From positions 16,928,001 through 16,992,000 of the forward strand of contig CM075989.1 in assembly GCA_038087875.1 (NCBI GenBank): 64,000 bases of DNA, given 5' to 3'. The notes below the pieces were generated by a model that was not told the DNA's origin, did no database searches, and saw nothing but the letters and a program-made list of their open reading frames with translations. The stretch is from Malacoraja senta. Lineage: Eukaryota. Numbering within the stretch: position 1 is the stretch's first letter; each line of letters begins with the position of its first letter. Below are positions 12,701-25,589 of this stretch, in pieces. The translations under genes and the position numbers were made by a program.

Positions 12701-14879
12701 TTACTCTGAACTCATGTCCATGCTGGCTGCATGTGCCTATTTATACTGATCCTAGCACACTTGTTATGCCACGGCATTTCAGGTGCTTATCTAAGTTCTT
12801 TTGAAAGGTTGTGAGGACCTCATTTCACTTTCCTTCCAGCAGTATGCTCCAGATCCTAACCATCTGGTTGAAAGACATCCTTCCTCAAATCCCCTCTAAA
12901 TCTCCTCCCCCTCACCTTAATCCAGTGCTCCCTGATTATAGACACCTTTAATGAAAGTTTCTCACTGTCTACTTTGCGTACATTATTTCCCCTCATAATT
13001 TTGTTTACCTCAGTCTGGATCCCTCCTCAGCCATCACTACTCCAAGAAAAACAAACAAATATAATATAATAAAATATAGTATAATTTTTAAATTAACAAA
13101 AATATGTTTATATCCGGACTTTCCTCCTTGTTGACACACTACCAATGAATCCCCTCTAGCACCAAAGATCATAGAGCGGAGCTGGCGTCCTCTGAACTTC
13201 GCACGTAGTGGAGTTCAAAAGTAGTGACAACAAATGTGTTTATGGGAAGTATTGGAGGTATAATGGTAATGTAATGACAGTGGGTATGTTAAATAGTCTA
13301 AACTAGCTAGTGTCTTATGAACACCGCATGGAGTGGAGTTGAAAGGTAGGGAAAATGAATATGTTAAAATACAGATACTAACTGGCAACTTGATTTAATG
13401 CATTAATGAATTGTACATTACACCGACAGCTTTTGGGACTTCCACACTATTTTTGTATCATGACCAATCAAATTCCTTTTTTATTTGAAAAATCTCCATC
13501 TAGAATAAAGTCCTGCATTGTTTAACCTCTTTTGTTAAGAATATCTTTGTAAATCTTATTTGCATCTTTCCAGAGCATCTGTAACATTTATTTACAGGCA
13601 GTGTACACAGTAATCCACAGGTGTGGTTTTACTGAGGTTGGACACAAATTTAACTTTCCTGTTGCTTAGTTCATCCCACTAGAAATGAACCCCAGTGCTT
13701 GACTTAATTGCCTCGTTAAAAATCATTAACTGGCATTTTAATTAATTTGTGCATCTACTTCCAGATCCCATTCCTCTTCTACTTTAGAAGGAATATGTCA
13801 ATTTCTATCTACCTAACTGCACGCCATTTACAGTATAATTAAATTCATTGCCTATAGGGATGGGGGAGGGGGAGGGGGGGAGAGGGGAAGGGGAGTCAGT
13901 CCACCCCATGACAGAATTTATGAAAATATAGAGCAACTCCAAGTGAATGGTGCAATAAGTTTAAACAGTACACCTATGCGTAAAATAACAGTCCTGTCGT
14001 TTATGAAATTAAATATAAAAATTTGTTAATTGTATGTTCCTTTCTGACACCATCCCCAAATTCTGAATGGTTTTTCTGCCTACGGAGTACAGATTATTAA
14101 TTATGAACAAAAATTGCTTCTAGCAACAATCCATGTGGCACAATATTTCACAAGCATGGGAAGTCCTTAAAGTCACATTGAACATTTGGGCTATGAATGT
14201 TGTTTTGCCAGTTTGCTGCCCATTTGCTGCCTGGACCCAATTGTACACGTTTTAAGTAGACACAAGGAATTGCAGATGCTGGTTTACAAAAAAAGACACA
14301 AAGTGCTTGAGTAACTCAGTGGGTCAGGCAGTATCTCTGGATAGGCGGCAATTTGTGTTGGGACCCTTCTTCAAACTGAAGAAGGGTCCTGATCCAAAAT
14401 GTTGCCTGTCCATGTTCTCAAAGAATGCTTTCTGACTCACTGAGTTACTCCAGCACATTGTGTCTTTTTATATACATGTTTTGATCCTGTTTGTGATACT
14501 TCCTCAATGGAGTATCTCATCAATGTTAACTTCTTACGTGTCAAAAACGCAGCTCCGCAGTGCATATTTTGTGGGTGCAATGGAAACTGGGAATTGGTTC
14601 TAAAATAGCACTGATCTGACTGTGGTTCGTTTGGGGCCCTGGGACTTAATCCACACCAAAGATACTGATCCACACTGTTGAAATGACATCACATGCACCG
14701 TTTTCATTGGAAATAGCACCCTCTAGTGCGTGGAGAGAAATTTAAGAGCAATGATGCAAAAGATGGCCACTCATAGACCTTACACATGTTGGATGATCTC
14801 ATAATGAATTAGGTCAATCATTGTGTGTCCAGAGCAACTGAACGATGCTATTATGATTGTGGCGTGCTCATTTGTGGTG

Positions 14880-15830
14880 TGGGTTGCCCTTCAGCCCAGC
14901 TCCTCAGTGTCGACCAAGATGTCTATCTGAACTAATGCCATTATATCCCATATCCATCTAGACCCTTTTTATCCATGTAACTGTCCACATTTTTAAAACA
15001 TTGTAAGCATATGATTTCCTCTGAAATCTCATTCCATATACCCACCATTTACCCTGTGTGTAAAAAAAGTTGTTTTTTAAAGATCCTTTAAGATACCTTT
15101 AAACATGTTTCCCTGTCAGCTTAAACCTATGCCTTCTAGTTTTGGACTCACCTACTTTTATGATAAAAGACTGTGAACATCCACCTTATCTGTAGTCTTC
15201 ATGATTTTTTTATATTCTATAAGGTCACCCCCTCAATCTTCTATCCTCCAGAAAATGAAGTCCTTGCCCATCCAGCCTCTCCTCACAACTCTAGTCCTCC
15301 AGGCCTGGTAACATCATCGTGAAATTTCACTGCATCCTATCCAATGTAATGACATCCTTCATAAAGCTTTGGAATTACGCCAAACACTCCAAGTGCAGTT
15401 TCTACAATAACTTGTATAGTTAAAACATGATATTGCAACCACTATACACAATGCACTGACCAATGAAGGCAAGCATGCCAAATGCCTTATTCACTACCCT
15501 GTCACTTTCAGGAATATATGTACCAGTACTTCTAGTTCTCTCTGTTCTACAATACTCTACAAGAACTTACCATTTACTGTGTAAACCCTGCCCTGGGTTA
15601 ACTTATCAAAATGCAACAAACTTGTCCAAATTACATTCCATCTGCTATTCCTTGGTCACTTCTCCGGTTCATCTAGATTCTGCTCTAATCATAGATAACC
15701 TTCTTCAATGTCCCATACAAAGCCTATTTTGGTGTCATTTGCAAACGTATTAACTGTGTTAACAATATTTATGTAGATGAACAAAAAACAAAAGTTAACC
15801 TAGCATCGATCTCTCTGGCACAGTTCTCCA
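14880..15830 (-). mobile_element. Decayed CR1 LINE 3' part
   Basis: Reverse-strand similarity to the CR1 at 19031-21057 (GGTGTCATTTGCAAAC = FADDT-like; AATGAAGGCAAGCATGCCA). Confidence 0.65.
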
Positions 15831-15849
15831 ATCTGAATCATGACCTTCC

Positions 15850-16170
15850 AGTGCTATCCTCTGGCTCTTTCCACCAAGTTCACTTTTCATAGAGACCATT
15901 CCTTCAACAATCCATGGTTCACTCATCCCTTCCCACCTAAACCGGCGTCTCCCCAGGTACTTTCCTTTACAACCGCAAGAGATGTAACACCTGTCCCTAC
16001 TCCTCCTCCTTCATCTCCATCCAGAGGCCCCAGCAACTCTTCCATGTGAAACAGAAGTTCACAGGCACCTTTTAATTTCATTTACTGCATTTGGTGCTCC
16101 CGATGTGGCCTCCTTTACGTCGGCGAGACAAGAGTAGACTCGATGGCTGTTTTGCTGAACACTTGCTAGG
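15850..16170 (+). mobile_element. Decayed Penelope GIY-YIG fragment
   Basis: Homologous to 60-350 (TACTGCATTTGGTGCTCCCGATGTGGCCTCCTTTACGTCGGCGAGAC). Confidence 0.75.
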
Positions 16171-16709
16171 TCCCAATGTGGACTCAGTAGGCTGAAGAGC
16201 CTGTTTCCATACCAACTTCTATGATTCTGTGACTCTATGCGATGCCTGCTGCAGGTAAACCATTTGTTGGGAGTGTCTTGGTGCTAGGGATTGCAGTAGT
16301 CTGCTAACTATGAGCTGTGTGTGTTGAGTTTAGTCTCATGTAGATAGAGAGTGTGGAAACAGGCTCTTTGGCCTATAGAGTCCAGGCTGACCATCAATCA
16401 CCTGTTCACTCAAGTTCTTTGTAATTCCACCTTCTCGTCGACAAGCTACATACAAGAGGCAATTTTGCAGATGCCAATTGACCAACAAACCCACACATCT
16501 TTGGGATGCGGAAGTCAGGCCCTCTGCCTGAAATGCCGAGTTTCCCCAATACTTTGTGTTTTGCTGAAGGATGGGAGGAAGCTTGAGTGGAATATAAATG
16601 CCTGCAAGGACTGAACAGAACTAAATATCCCCTTTCCATTGTATATGGCACAGAATTATATTTAATTCTCCGTTGACCTTTTCCTGCTTCTGAAAATCTT
16701 CTGAAAATG

Positions 16710-17290
16710 TAAGAACATAAATAAAAGCAGGAATAGGCCCACGAGGCCCCTCAAACTTGTTCTACCATTCGATAAGATCTCGGCTGATTGATCTCGACCT
16801 TATCTCGATTTTTCCACCTGATTTCCTTGCTTCCCCGTAGACCAAAAATTTGTCTATCTCGGGCCTTAACATAGTCAGTGGCTCAGCTTCCACAGTTCCC
16901 TGGGGTAGAGAGTTCCAAAGATTCATAGCCCTCTGAGAGAAGAACTTCCTCTGCATCTTTCTTTAATTGGTCATCCTTTATTCTAAAGTCGTGCCCCTGT
17001 ATTTCTAGATTCTCCCCTTGAGGAGAAACATCTTCTCAACCTGTATTCATTCAAATCCCCTCAGCTTCCTTTAAGTTTCAATAAAATCACTTTGCCTTCC
17101 TCTGAACTCCAATGTGCACAGGCTCATTCTCACAATCACTCCTCAGAAGATAACCCTTTTCATCCCATTTCAAATCTTCTCTGGGCTGCCTCCATTGGAA
17201 ATATTTGTACAGGTGCAGTGAGTTTTCCGACCTTTATTACCCATTACCTTTATAATAAAGGCTAATATTCCATTTGCCTTTTTAATTATC
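16710..17290 (-). mobile_element. Decayed CR1 LINE 3' end
   Basis: Minus-strand [20 protein letters not shown]. Confidence 0.75.
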
Positions 17291-17420
17291 TGTTTCCGAA
17301 CTTTCTCAAAGTTTAAAAAATGTTATCCATCTTCTGGCCTAGTGCAAATCTTCACATAATTTGATCCTTCTCTCAATCTGTAACTTGGCCACAGATGGAT
17401 CATCGTTTTCAAACTGAAGC

Positions 17421-17603
17421 TAGACACAAAAAGCTGGAGTAACTCAGCGGGACAGGCAGCACCTCTAGACGTCCGAAGAAGGGTCTCGACCCGAAACGCC
17501 ACCCATTCCTTCTCTCCAGAGATGATGCCTGTCCCGCTGAGTTACTCCAGCTTTTTGTGTCTATCTTCGGTTTAAACCAGCATCTGCAGTTCCTTCTTAC
17601 ACA
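17421..17603. repeat. Palindromic Penelope-terminal-derived short element
   Basis: Arms TAGACACAAAAAGCTGGAGTAACTCAGCGGGACAGGCA / TGCCTGTCCCGCTGAGTTACTCCAGCTTTTTGTGTCTA; related copies near 14270, 31730, 37140, 44770, 49605, 51510 and 62580. Confidence 0.8.
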
Positions 17604-17660
17604 TCCTTTATCAAACTCTTTATTTCTCGATGGAAAATGCCTTTACTAGGGACTGTGAAA

Positions 17661-18158
17661 TCTATATAATTAAAAGTCTCATTTTGACCACTTCCTGTCT
17701 GCGCTGTATATTGATTTTATAAAAAACGCTATCCTATATCGCTATGATTTTTGGCCATCTTACTCACAGTCCTCCTCCGCTGAGGCAGCCCCGAGGATTT
17801 TTCCGATCGATGAAAAATAAAACAGTTATGATTGCTTAAAAAATATTGACATCAGCTGATTGGCCCTCTTGTCTGTCAATCACCGAGATGAAGGTAACGC
17901 CCCTTCCAGGGGGCAGGACTATAAAACCCAGTCACTCTGGAAGATCATGAGGAAGAGGCCACAACTCTGATTCTGTTGTGTCAACTGAAATGGCAAAGGA
18001 AATGAAATGAAATGAAAATGAGATGAGTTGTTTGGCCTTTCCTTTGCCTGAAACAGAAATGGCAATGAAATGAAATGAAAATGAGATGAGTTGTTTGGCC
18101 TGCCCTGTGCCTGAAACTGAAATGGCAATGGAATGAAATGAAATGAAAATGAGATGAG
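17661..18158 (+). mobile_element. Non-autonomous Helitron 5' part, truncated by an L1 5' end
   Basis: A|TCTATATAATTAAAAG start; shares head motifs (TTTTTGGCCATCTTACTCA, CGATCGATGAAAAAT, GGACTATAAAACC) with the elements at 25203 and 38484; ~67-bp GAAAT-rich repeats at 17985-18158. Confidence 0.7.
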
Positions 18159-19030
18159 AGTCACTTCCGGTAGGCAGCAGAGCATGGCGGCTGATTAGAC
18201 AGAGAGCTCTGTACTGTTGGATAAATAAACCTCCCCAAAATTCAAAGTAAGCGAGTATTTAAGTTTTAATGAGTACAGTATGAGTGGGGGAGTCAAAACA
18301 AAGAGCAGAAAGATGCAAGAAATGCAAGAAACAGGACAGGCTTGAAGTTACACAAACAAAGATAAAAACAAACAAGTTGGTGGAGACGACGCAACAGAGG
18401 CCCTTCATGAGGGATTAAAAAGCACAAGTACACAAATCAGCAACTTGAGAAGAGAATTAAAAGCGGACTTCATGAATTCAAGTGGGATATGAGAGAAGAG
18501 CTGGCCGAACTTAAACATGAAACAGATCATCAGATGGCGGCGAATGCACAAGACCAAAAAAAAATGGAAGCCGCCGCCCGAATAGAGGAGCTGGAAACAT
18601 GGAGTGTCGCTGCAAACACCGTACTCGAAGAAACACTGAAAGATCAGAAGTTACTTGTTGACAAACTGAAAGATCTGGAGTCCAGATCCCGAAGAAATAA
18701 TCTGAGGATATATGGTGTGCCAGAGGGTGCAGAAGGCAGCTCAGTACCTCAGTTTGAGGAGAAACTGCTCAGAAGTGAAATGTCAATCCTTGAAACGACG
18801 GATTTACAGATTCAACGAGCACACAGAGCTCTGGCACAGAAACCAAGCCCCAGCTCCCCTCTGAGATTCATAATTATCCATTTTCTCCAGTTTAAAGTTA
18901 AAGAGATGGTTCTCAAACAGGCATGGCAAAAGAAAATCCAGCTTGGAGAACGAATGTTCTTTTGACCACGACTATACTACCGCTGTAGTACAACAACGTA
19001 AGGCATACAAACATGTTAAAAGCATCCTAA

Positions 19031-21057
19031 ACATAGAAACATAGAAACATAGAAAATAGGTGCAGGAGTAGGCCATTCGGCCCTTCGAGCCTGCACCGCC
19101 ATTCGATATGATCATGGCTGATCATCCAACTCAGTATCCCATCCCTGCCTTCTCTCCATACCCCCTGATCCCTTTAGCCACAAGGGCCACATCTAACTCC
19201 CTCTTAAATATAGCCAATGAACATGGCCTCAACTACCTTCTGTGGCAGAGAATTCCACAGATTCACCACTCTCTGTGTAAAAAATGATTTTCTCATCTCG
19301 GTCCTAAAAGACTTCCCTCTTATCCTTAAACTGTGACCCCTAGTTCTGGACTTCCCCAACATCGGGAATAATCTTCCTGCATCTAACCTGTCCAACCCCT
19401 TAAGAATTTTGTAAGTTTCTATAAAATCCCCCCTCAATCATCTAAATTCTAGCGTGTACAAGCCGAGTCTATCCAGTCTTTCTTCATATGAAAGTCCTGC
19501 CATCCCAGGAATCAGTCTGGTGAACCTTCTCTGTACTCCCTCTATGGCAAGAATGTCTTTCCTCAGATTAGGAGACCAAAACTGTACGCAATACTCCAGG
19601 TGTGGTCTCACCAAGACCCTGTACAACTGCAGTAGAACCTCCCTGCTCTTATACTCAAATCCTTTTGCTATGAATGCTAACATACCATTTGCTTTCTTCA
19701 CTGCCTGCTGCACCTGCATGCCTACTTTCAATGACTGGTGTACCATGACACTCAGGTCTCGTTGCATCTCCCCTTTTCCTAATCGGCCACCATTCAGATA
19801 ATAGTCTACTTTCCTGTTTTTGCCACCAAAGTGGATAACCTCACATTTATCCACATTATATTGCATCTGCCATGCATTTGCCCACTCACCCAACCTATCC
19901 AAGTCACCTTGCAGCCTCCTAGCATCCTCCTCACAGCTAACACTGCCCCCCAGCTTCGTGTCATCCGCAAACTTGGAGATGTTGCATTCAATTCCCTCAT
20001 CCAGATCATTAATATATATTGTAAATAACTGGGGACCCAGCACTGAGCCTTGTGGTACCCCACTAGTCACTGCCTGCCATTCTGAAAAGGACCCGTTTAC
20101 TCCTACTCTTTGCTTCCTGTCTGCCAGCCAGTTCTCTATCCACATCAATACTGAACCCCCAATACCGTGTGCTTTAAGTTTGCATACTAATCTCTTATGT
20201 GGGACATTGTCGAAAGCCGTCTGAAAGTCCAGATATAACACATCCACTGGTTCTCCCTTATCCACTCTACTAGTTACATCCTCGAAAAATTCTATAAGAT
20301 TTGTCAGACATGATTTACCTTTCATAAATCCATGCCGACTTTGTCCAATGAATTCACCACTTTCCAAATGTGCTGCTATCCCATCTTTAATAACTGACTC
20401 CAGAATTTTCCCCACCACCGATGTTAGACTAACTGGTCTGTAATTCCCCGTTTTCTCTCTCCCTCCCTTTTTAAAAAGTGGGGTTACATTAGCTACCCTC
20501 CAGTCCTCAGGAACTACTCCAGAATCTAAAGAGTTTTGAAAAATTATCACTAATGCATCCACTATTTCTGCGGCTACTTCCTTAAGTACTCTGGGATGCA
20601 AGTTATCTGGCCCTGGGGATTTATCGGCCTTTAATCCATTCAATTTACCTAACACCACTTCCCGGCTAACCTGGATTTCATTCAGTTCCTCATCTCATTT
20701 AACCCCCGGTCCCTTGCTATTTCCGGCAGATTATTTATGTCTTCCTTAGTGAAGACAGAATCAAAGTAGTTATTCAATTGGTCTGCCATGTCCTTGTTCC
20801 CCATGATCAATTCGCCTGTTTCTGACTGCAAGGGACCTACATTTGTTTTAACTAATCTTTTCCTCTTCACATATCTATAAAAACTTTTGCAGTCAGTTTT
20901 TATGTTCCCTGCCAGTTTTCTTTCATAATCTATTTTCCCTTTCCTAATTAAGCCTTTTGTCCTCCTCTGCTGGACTCTGAATTTCTCCCAGTCCTCTGGA
21001 AGGCTGCTTTTTCTGGCTAATTTGTACGCTTCATCTTTTGTTTTGATACTATCCCTG
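19031..21057 (-). mobile_element. Young 5'-truncated CR1 LINE (RT) inserted in L1 ORF1
   Basis: 406-aa ORF with [36 protein letters not shown]; 3' tail (TTTCTATG)n at 19031. Confidence 0.95.
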
Positions 21058-22389
21058 AGGAAAGAGGAAGGAATACGCTTTCAGACACCATTTACCAAGA
21101 AACATATTCACTGGGACAGCGGACACCAAACCTACAACGCAAGGGAAGCCGTGCGAGAGATACAATGGAGAGGCTACAAAGTGGAAGAGCCGCGGGGAGA
21201 CACGGACATGCCGCCGCTGCATGAACAACTCCGCCAAACGTTGCTGTGGCAGCTCGTCAAGAGACAAGGAGAATCAGACAGTCAGACGGGCACGGGAGCG
21301 TCTTCTAGAATTCCAACGAAAGACTCATGCTTGAACTGATTCTATGTGCATAGATATGTATATTCATAGACAAAACCGTTTATAAGCCAGGTTCTAAAAA
21401 TATCATCAAGCATCAAAGACCTCATGTGAGTGTAATTAATGTTAATTTAATACAACTTTCTGTATTAGATAAATCCGACTGTTAGGGAGATTAGCGAAAT
21501 ATTAGAGCTAGAATGAATGGAGGAACCCATAGAGAGTTATCCCGCTTATCTGGGAGAGGGCTCTTTCTTAGTGTTAGGCTTCCCCCCTCAATTTACAAAG
21601 GGATTCGGTATCTATGGTGGAGAGAGAATACCCTTTTTTGGGAGTCCATATATGTTTTGATGTTTTGCCAGGCAAAACCCTTGTTTGTTGATATATTTTG
21701 GTTTGTTGTTCAGAATGGTTCTTGTGTTGAGGTGAGGGGATACAGTGAAATCAATCGCACTAAGTATAATGATGTAATGTCAAGGACTTAAGCTGATGTC
21801 TCTAAATGTTAATGGTTTGGTAATCCAATTAAGAGGGCTAAAGGCATGACTAAATTGAAAAAAGTGAAGATGCATATTACTTTCTTACAAGAAACTCATT
21901 TATCGCGACAAAAGCACGAGAAGTTGAAAAGATTTGGATATAAAAACACATATTATAGCTCACATACTTGTAGTCATAAAAGAGGAGTGGCAATCTTGAT
22001 ATTAAACTTAGTTAAATTAGAAATTTGTAAAGAAATCAAAGACAAAGAAGGGAGGTATATCATAGTAACGGGCAAAGTTGATAATAATATCCTGACACTG
22101 GTGAATATCTATGCTCCCCCAGATGGTGATAAACATTTTTTCAAATCCCTATTTGATATTATTGCAATGGAAGTGGAAGAAATTTGTATATGTGGGGGGG
22201 ATCTGAATGTTGTACTGAATCATCGGCTTGATACGACAAGTAAAAAGAAGAATAAGAACCAGTTAACAAAACTAATAAATACTACCTGTGAAGAATTTGG
22301 TTTTCTTGATGTCTGGAGGCATTTTCACTCTCCAGAAAGAGACTATACACATTACTCAATACCGCACTCAGTTTACTTCAAAATAGACT

Positions 22390-23199
22390 TTTTTTTTTTT
22401 TTTTTTTAATTTTATTTATTAGAAGTACATTAAATTACAAACAATTACATTAGTGCACATCACGTATATCTTATTACAATTAATGTACTCCTTCATTTTT
22501 TAAAGCTATTAAAAAAAAAAGTTGAAATTGAGAAGAAAGAGAAAGTGAAAGAAAATAGTGTTAGTGTAAAAGCATGTCAAAAGGCAAGAATAAAGACCCT
22601 GTAGATGAGAAATTAGAGAAAAGAGATTAAGAGATAGACCCTAGGAAAGAAAAAAGAGAAAGAAGAAAAAAGAGAAAAACAGATACTCTATTATGAACAT
22701 CGCGCAAAAGGGATATACCAACTCGCCACCTTTCATCCCCCTTTACCAAGTCCTGACATCGGTACCTTTTTAAAGTACTGTTGCACCTTATGATTGTAGT
22801 AGTTCTATAAATGAAGACCACGTCCTATAGATGTGATCTGATTTGCCTGCCAGGAGGAGTCTTATCTCTTCCAACATTCAAACATTCAAACATATTTGAA
22901 ATCCACATGTTTATAGTTGGTATAGGAGCATTTTTCCTGAATTTTAGGATAAGCTTTTTCCAGTTATTAACCCGTAATCAAATACGTTACTTTGAAACAC
23001 ATTTAGTTCAGGGCTACCTTCCGTTGTTCCAAAGATAATCCATTCTGCTTTTGGTATCAGTTTTATTTTAAATAATTTTGTAAAGATTTCAAAAATTTCA
23101 ATCCAACATTTTTGAATTTTTGTACAAAAAACAAATGAATGCGCTATAGTAGCTTCTTGAGACTGACATTTATCACAGATAGGTGATACGTTGGGAAAG
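22390..23199 (-). mobile_element. L1 3' fragment with poly(A), nested in the L1 endonuclease
   Basis: Poly-T at 22389-22407; AATAGACT repeated at 22382 and 23200 (TSD). Confidence 0.75.
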
Positions 23200-23280
23200 A
23201 ATAGACTATTTCTTAATACAGAAAGAAGACTGTTATAGGGTAACGGATTGCAGAATTGGTGTGGCAGATGTATCAGACCA

Positions 23281-24283
23281 TAATAATAATAATAATAATA
23301 ATCATTTTATTTACTGGCGCCTTTCTAAAACCCAAGGACACCTTACAATGCATAGAATCACAACAAAACAAAAAAACACATAATCGGAATAAATTAAATA
23401 TAAAAACACCACAGTACACAAATCAAGGACAGAATTCAATTTCAAGAGCACCAAAAGAAAATAAGAAACACAATTTGAGGAGAGAGCAGCGACGACCAAT
23501 TTGCGCCAGCGTCCACTCTCCCCTCCGACCGCCATCTTGTACACGGACTGACAGGCACAGGCACAGGCACAGCACAGCACACAAAATCATCCCCCCACAA
23601 TGACCACCACTGTGGGGGAAGGCACAATGTCCAGTCCCCAACCCAGTTCTCCCCAGAGTCAGGCCGAATGAGGCCTCCACAGTTGCCTCTACAGAGGCCC
23701 AATGTTCCTGGCCGTCGGGAGAGTCCTCGGAGCGGCTGGAACGGCTGGAACGGCCGGTTTCCCAGCGGAGTCGATGGCACCTGAAGCCGACAGGGCCGCG
23801 CTGATTTGGAGCCACGAGGCTCCCGATGTTGGAGTCGGCGCCGCCGCCCGCAGCTGGTCGCTCCGCAGTCCCGCAGCCCGGAGGTGTTGAAGTCGGCGGT
23901 CCAGCTCACCGGAGCTCCAGCGCGTCGATCCAGCGCGGCGACCCAGGCAAGGCATCGCCCGCTACGCTCCACGATAGCGCTCCAGCGCTGTGCCGCCACC
24001 GAAGCTGAAGGTGCTGGGCGGTCCCCGTCAGGAAACGGCGCTCCATGCCCGCTGGTAGGCCACGAGGATGGTCGACGAGGCAGCCTGGAGAAAAAGCTGC
24101 CTCACCGACCAGGTAGGGACCTAGAAATAGTTTCCCCCTTACCCCCCCACATTAAAAGTCAAAAAACCCCAAACAAACAAAGAAATAAAAAACACTAAAA
24201 CTAAAGAAACAGTGAATTTGACGGACGGCTGCTGTTTAGCAGCCGTTCCCCCAAGATGGCGGCTCCCACCTTTAAGTATTAAG
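23281..24283 (-). mobile_element. GC-rich non-autonomous retroelement with L2-like 3' end and (ATT)n tail
   Basis: Minus-strand end GTGTCCTTGGGT...GAAAGGCGC...TAAATAAAATGATTATTATT; it splits L1 codons SDH|NAIYL. Confidence 0.65.
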
Positions 24284-25414
24284 TATAATGCCATATACTT
24301 AACAATTCAATTGGACTGTAGAAGGAAAAACAGTGTGGCGATTAAATATTGGAATACTGAATGATAATACAACCGTTAATGACATTAAATTGGAAATCAA
24401 AAGGAATCTAGAGGAGAATGTTAATGGGGAGGTGGACCCATCCATACTATGGGACTCATTGAAGGCTGTAGTACGAGGTAGGTTAATAGCTAGGGCATCA
24501 CATATTAAAAAAGGCCAGAAAGAAAACATATAATAAGTTGATACTAGACATGAAGGATTTAGAACAGAAGTGCGAAAATAATAAGGACCAGAGAACTTAT
24601 AAACAAATAGAAGATTTGAGAGGACAAATGGATGGAATATTGGGTCAAGAGGTGGAGAAAAAAGCAAGATTTGTAAAACAGGCACATTATGAGCTAGGCC
24701 CTAAATCCACTAAAATACTTGCCAGGAGGCTACGCAAACAACCGGCTGACAACACCAGACACAAAATTAAGGACCCCTGTACACAGAAATTGTAGAGTGA
24801 TCCAAAAGAAATAGAACATATCTTCCAGGAATATTATAAAGAATTATATACACAAACCTCTACAGTAGATGGGGAATCAATGAGGACTTTTTTAAGTAGA
24901 ATAGATCTGCCCTCTATTGGAGAGACACAAAATAAAATAATCACAGCAGAAATATCACTGGAGGAGATGGAGAAGACAATTGGTAGGATCAAAACAAACA
25001 AGGCCCCAGGCAGCGACGGTTTCCCTATAGAATGGTATAACATATTTCGGAATGATCAGAACATACTGCTTTGAAGAACCTCTAACTGGATTATCACAGA
25101 AGGCAAGACAACCCCGTCATAGAAAGAGGCAATTATAATATTAATCCCCAAAGAGAATAAAGACAAGGAAAATTGTACCAACTACAGACTGATATCTATC
25201 TATCTATATTACTAAAAGTAAGATCTTGACCGCTTTTGACTCACTGCGATGTGATTTCCGAGAGAACGCCGCCACTTACAGCCGTTATTTTTGGCCACCT
25301 CGCACAGAGCCCCCCTCCGCCAGACTGGACTGGAGGATTTTTCCGATCGATGAATAATCAGAGAGATATTAATGTTTTAAAATGTTTTGCCATTCTTCTG
25401 CTGCCTGTGCTGGT

Positions 25415-25560
25415 GGGAGGGGGGAGGGACTATAAAACCCGGAAGTGGTGTGCCTCACTCAGTCTCTGCAAGATGGAGGAAGCGAGAGGGTCACGTCACG
25501 TCACGCCACGTCTCTCTGAGCTCTGAATAACACTGAACACATGTCTACTCAACTGTGAGT
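25415..25560 (+). promoter_or_regulatory. Pol II promoter/first-exon-like cassette in Helitron head
   Basis: G-rich box, TATAAAA 25431, CCGGAAGT 25439, Inr-like TCAGTCT with A at 25461 (30 nt after TATA), GTGAGT donor at 25555. Confidence 0.45.
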
Positions 25561-25589
25561 GCCCTTAATTTGGTTTGAAAATGAAAATA

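Larger units (their letters stand above)
18157..25197 (+). mobile_element. L1-clade LINE (5'UTR, ORF1, ORF2 EN and start of RT) broken by three nested insertions
   Basis: ORF1 DLESRSRRNNLRIYGVPEGAEG...IQRAHRAL; ORF2 FLQETHL, NIYAP, GGDLN, RIDYFL, SDHNAIYL, WRLN, KAPGSDGFPIEWY, NYRLIS; reading resumes after each insert. Confidence 0.9.

Noticed and set aside
23423..24198. GC-rich overlapping ORFs / apparent CpG island, considered as MTHFS exon 1
   Set aside because: Lies inside a retroelement nested in an L1; no similarity to the MTHFS N-terminus.
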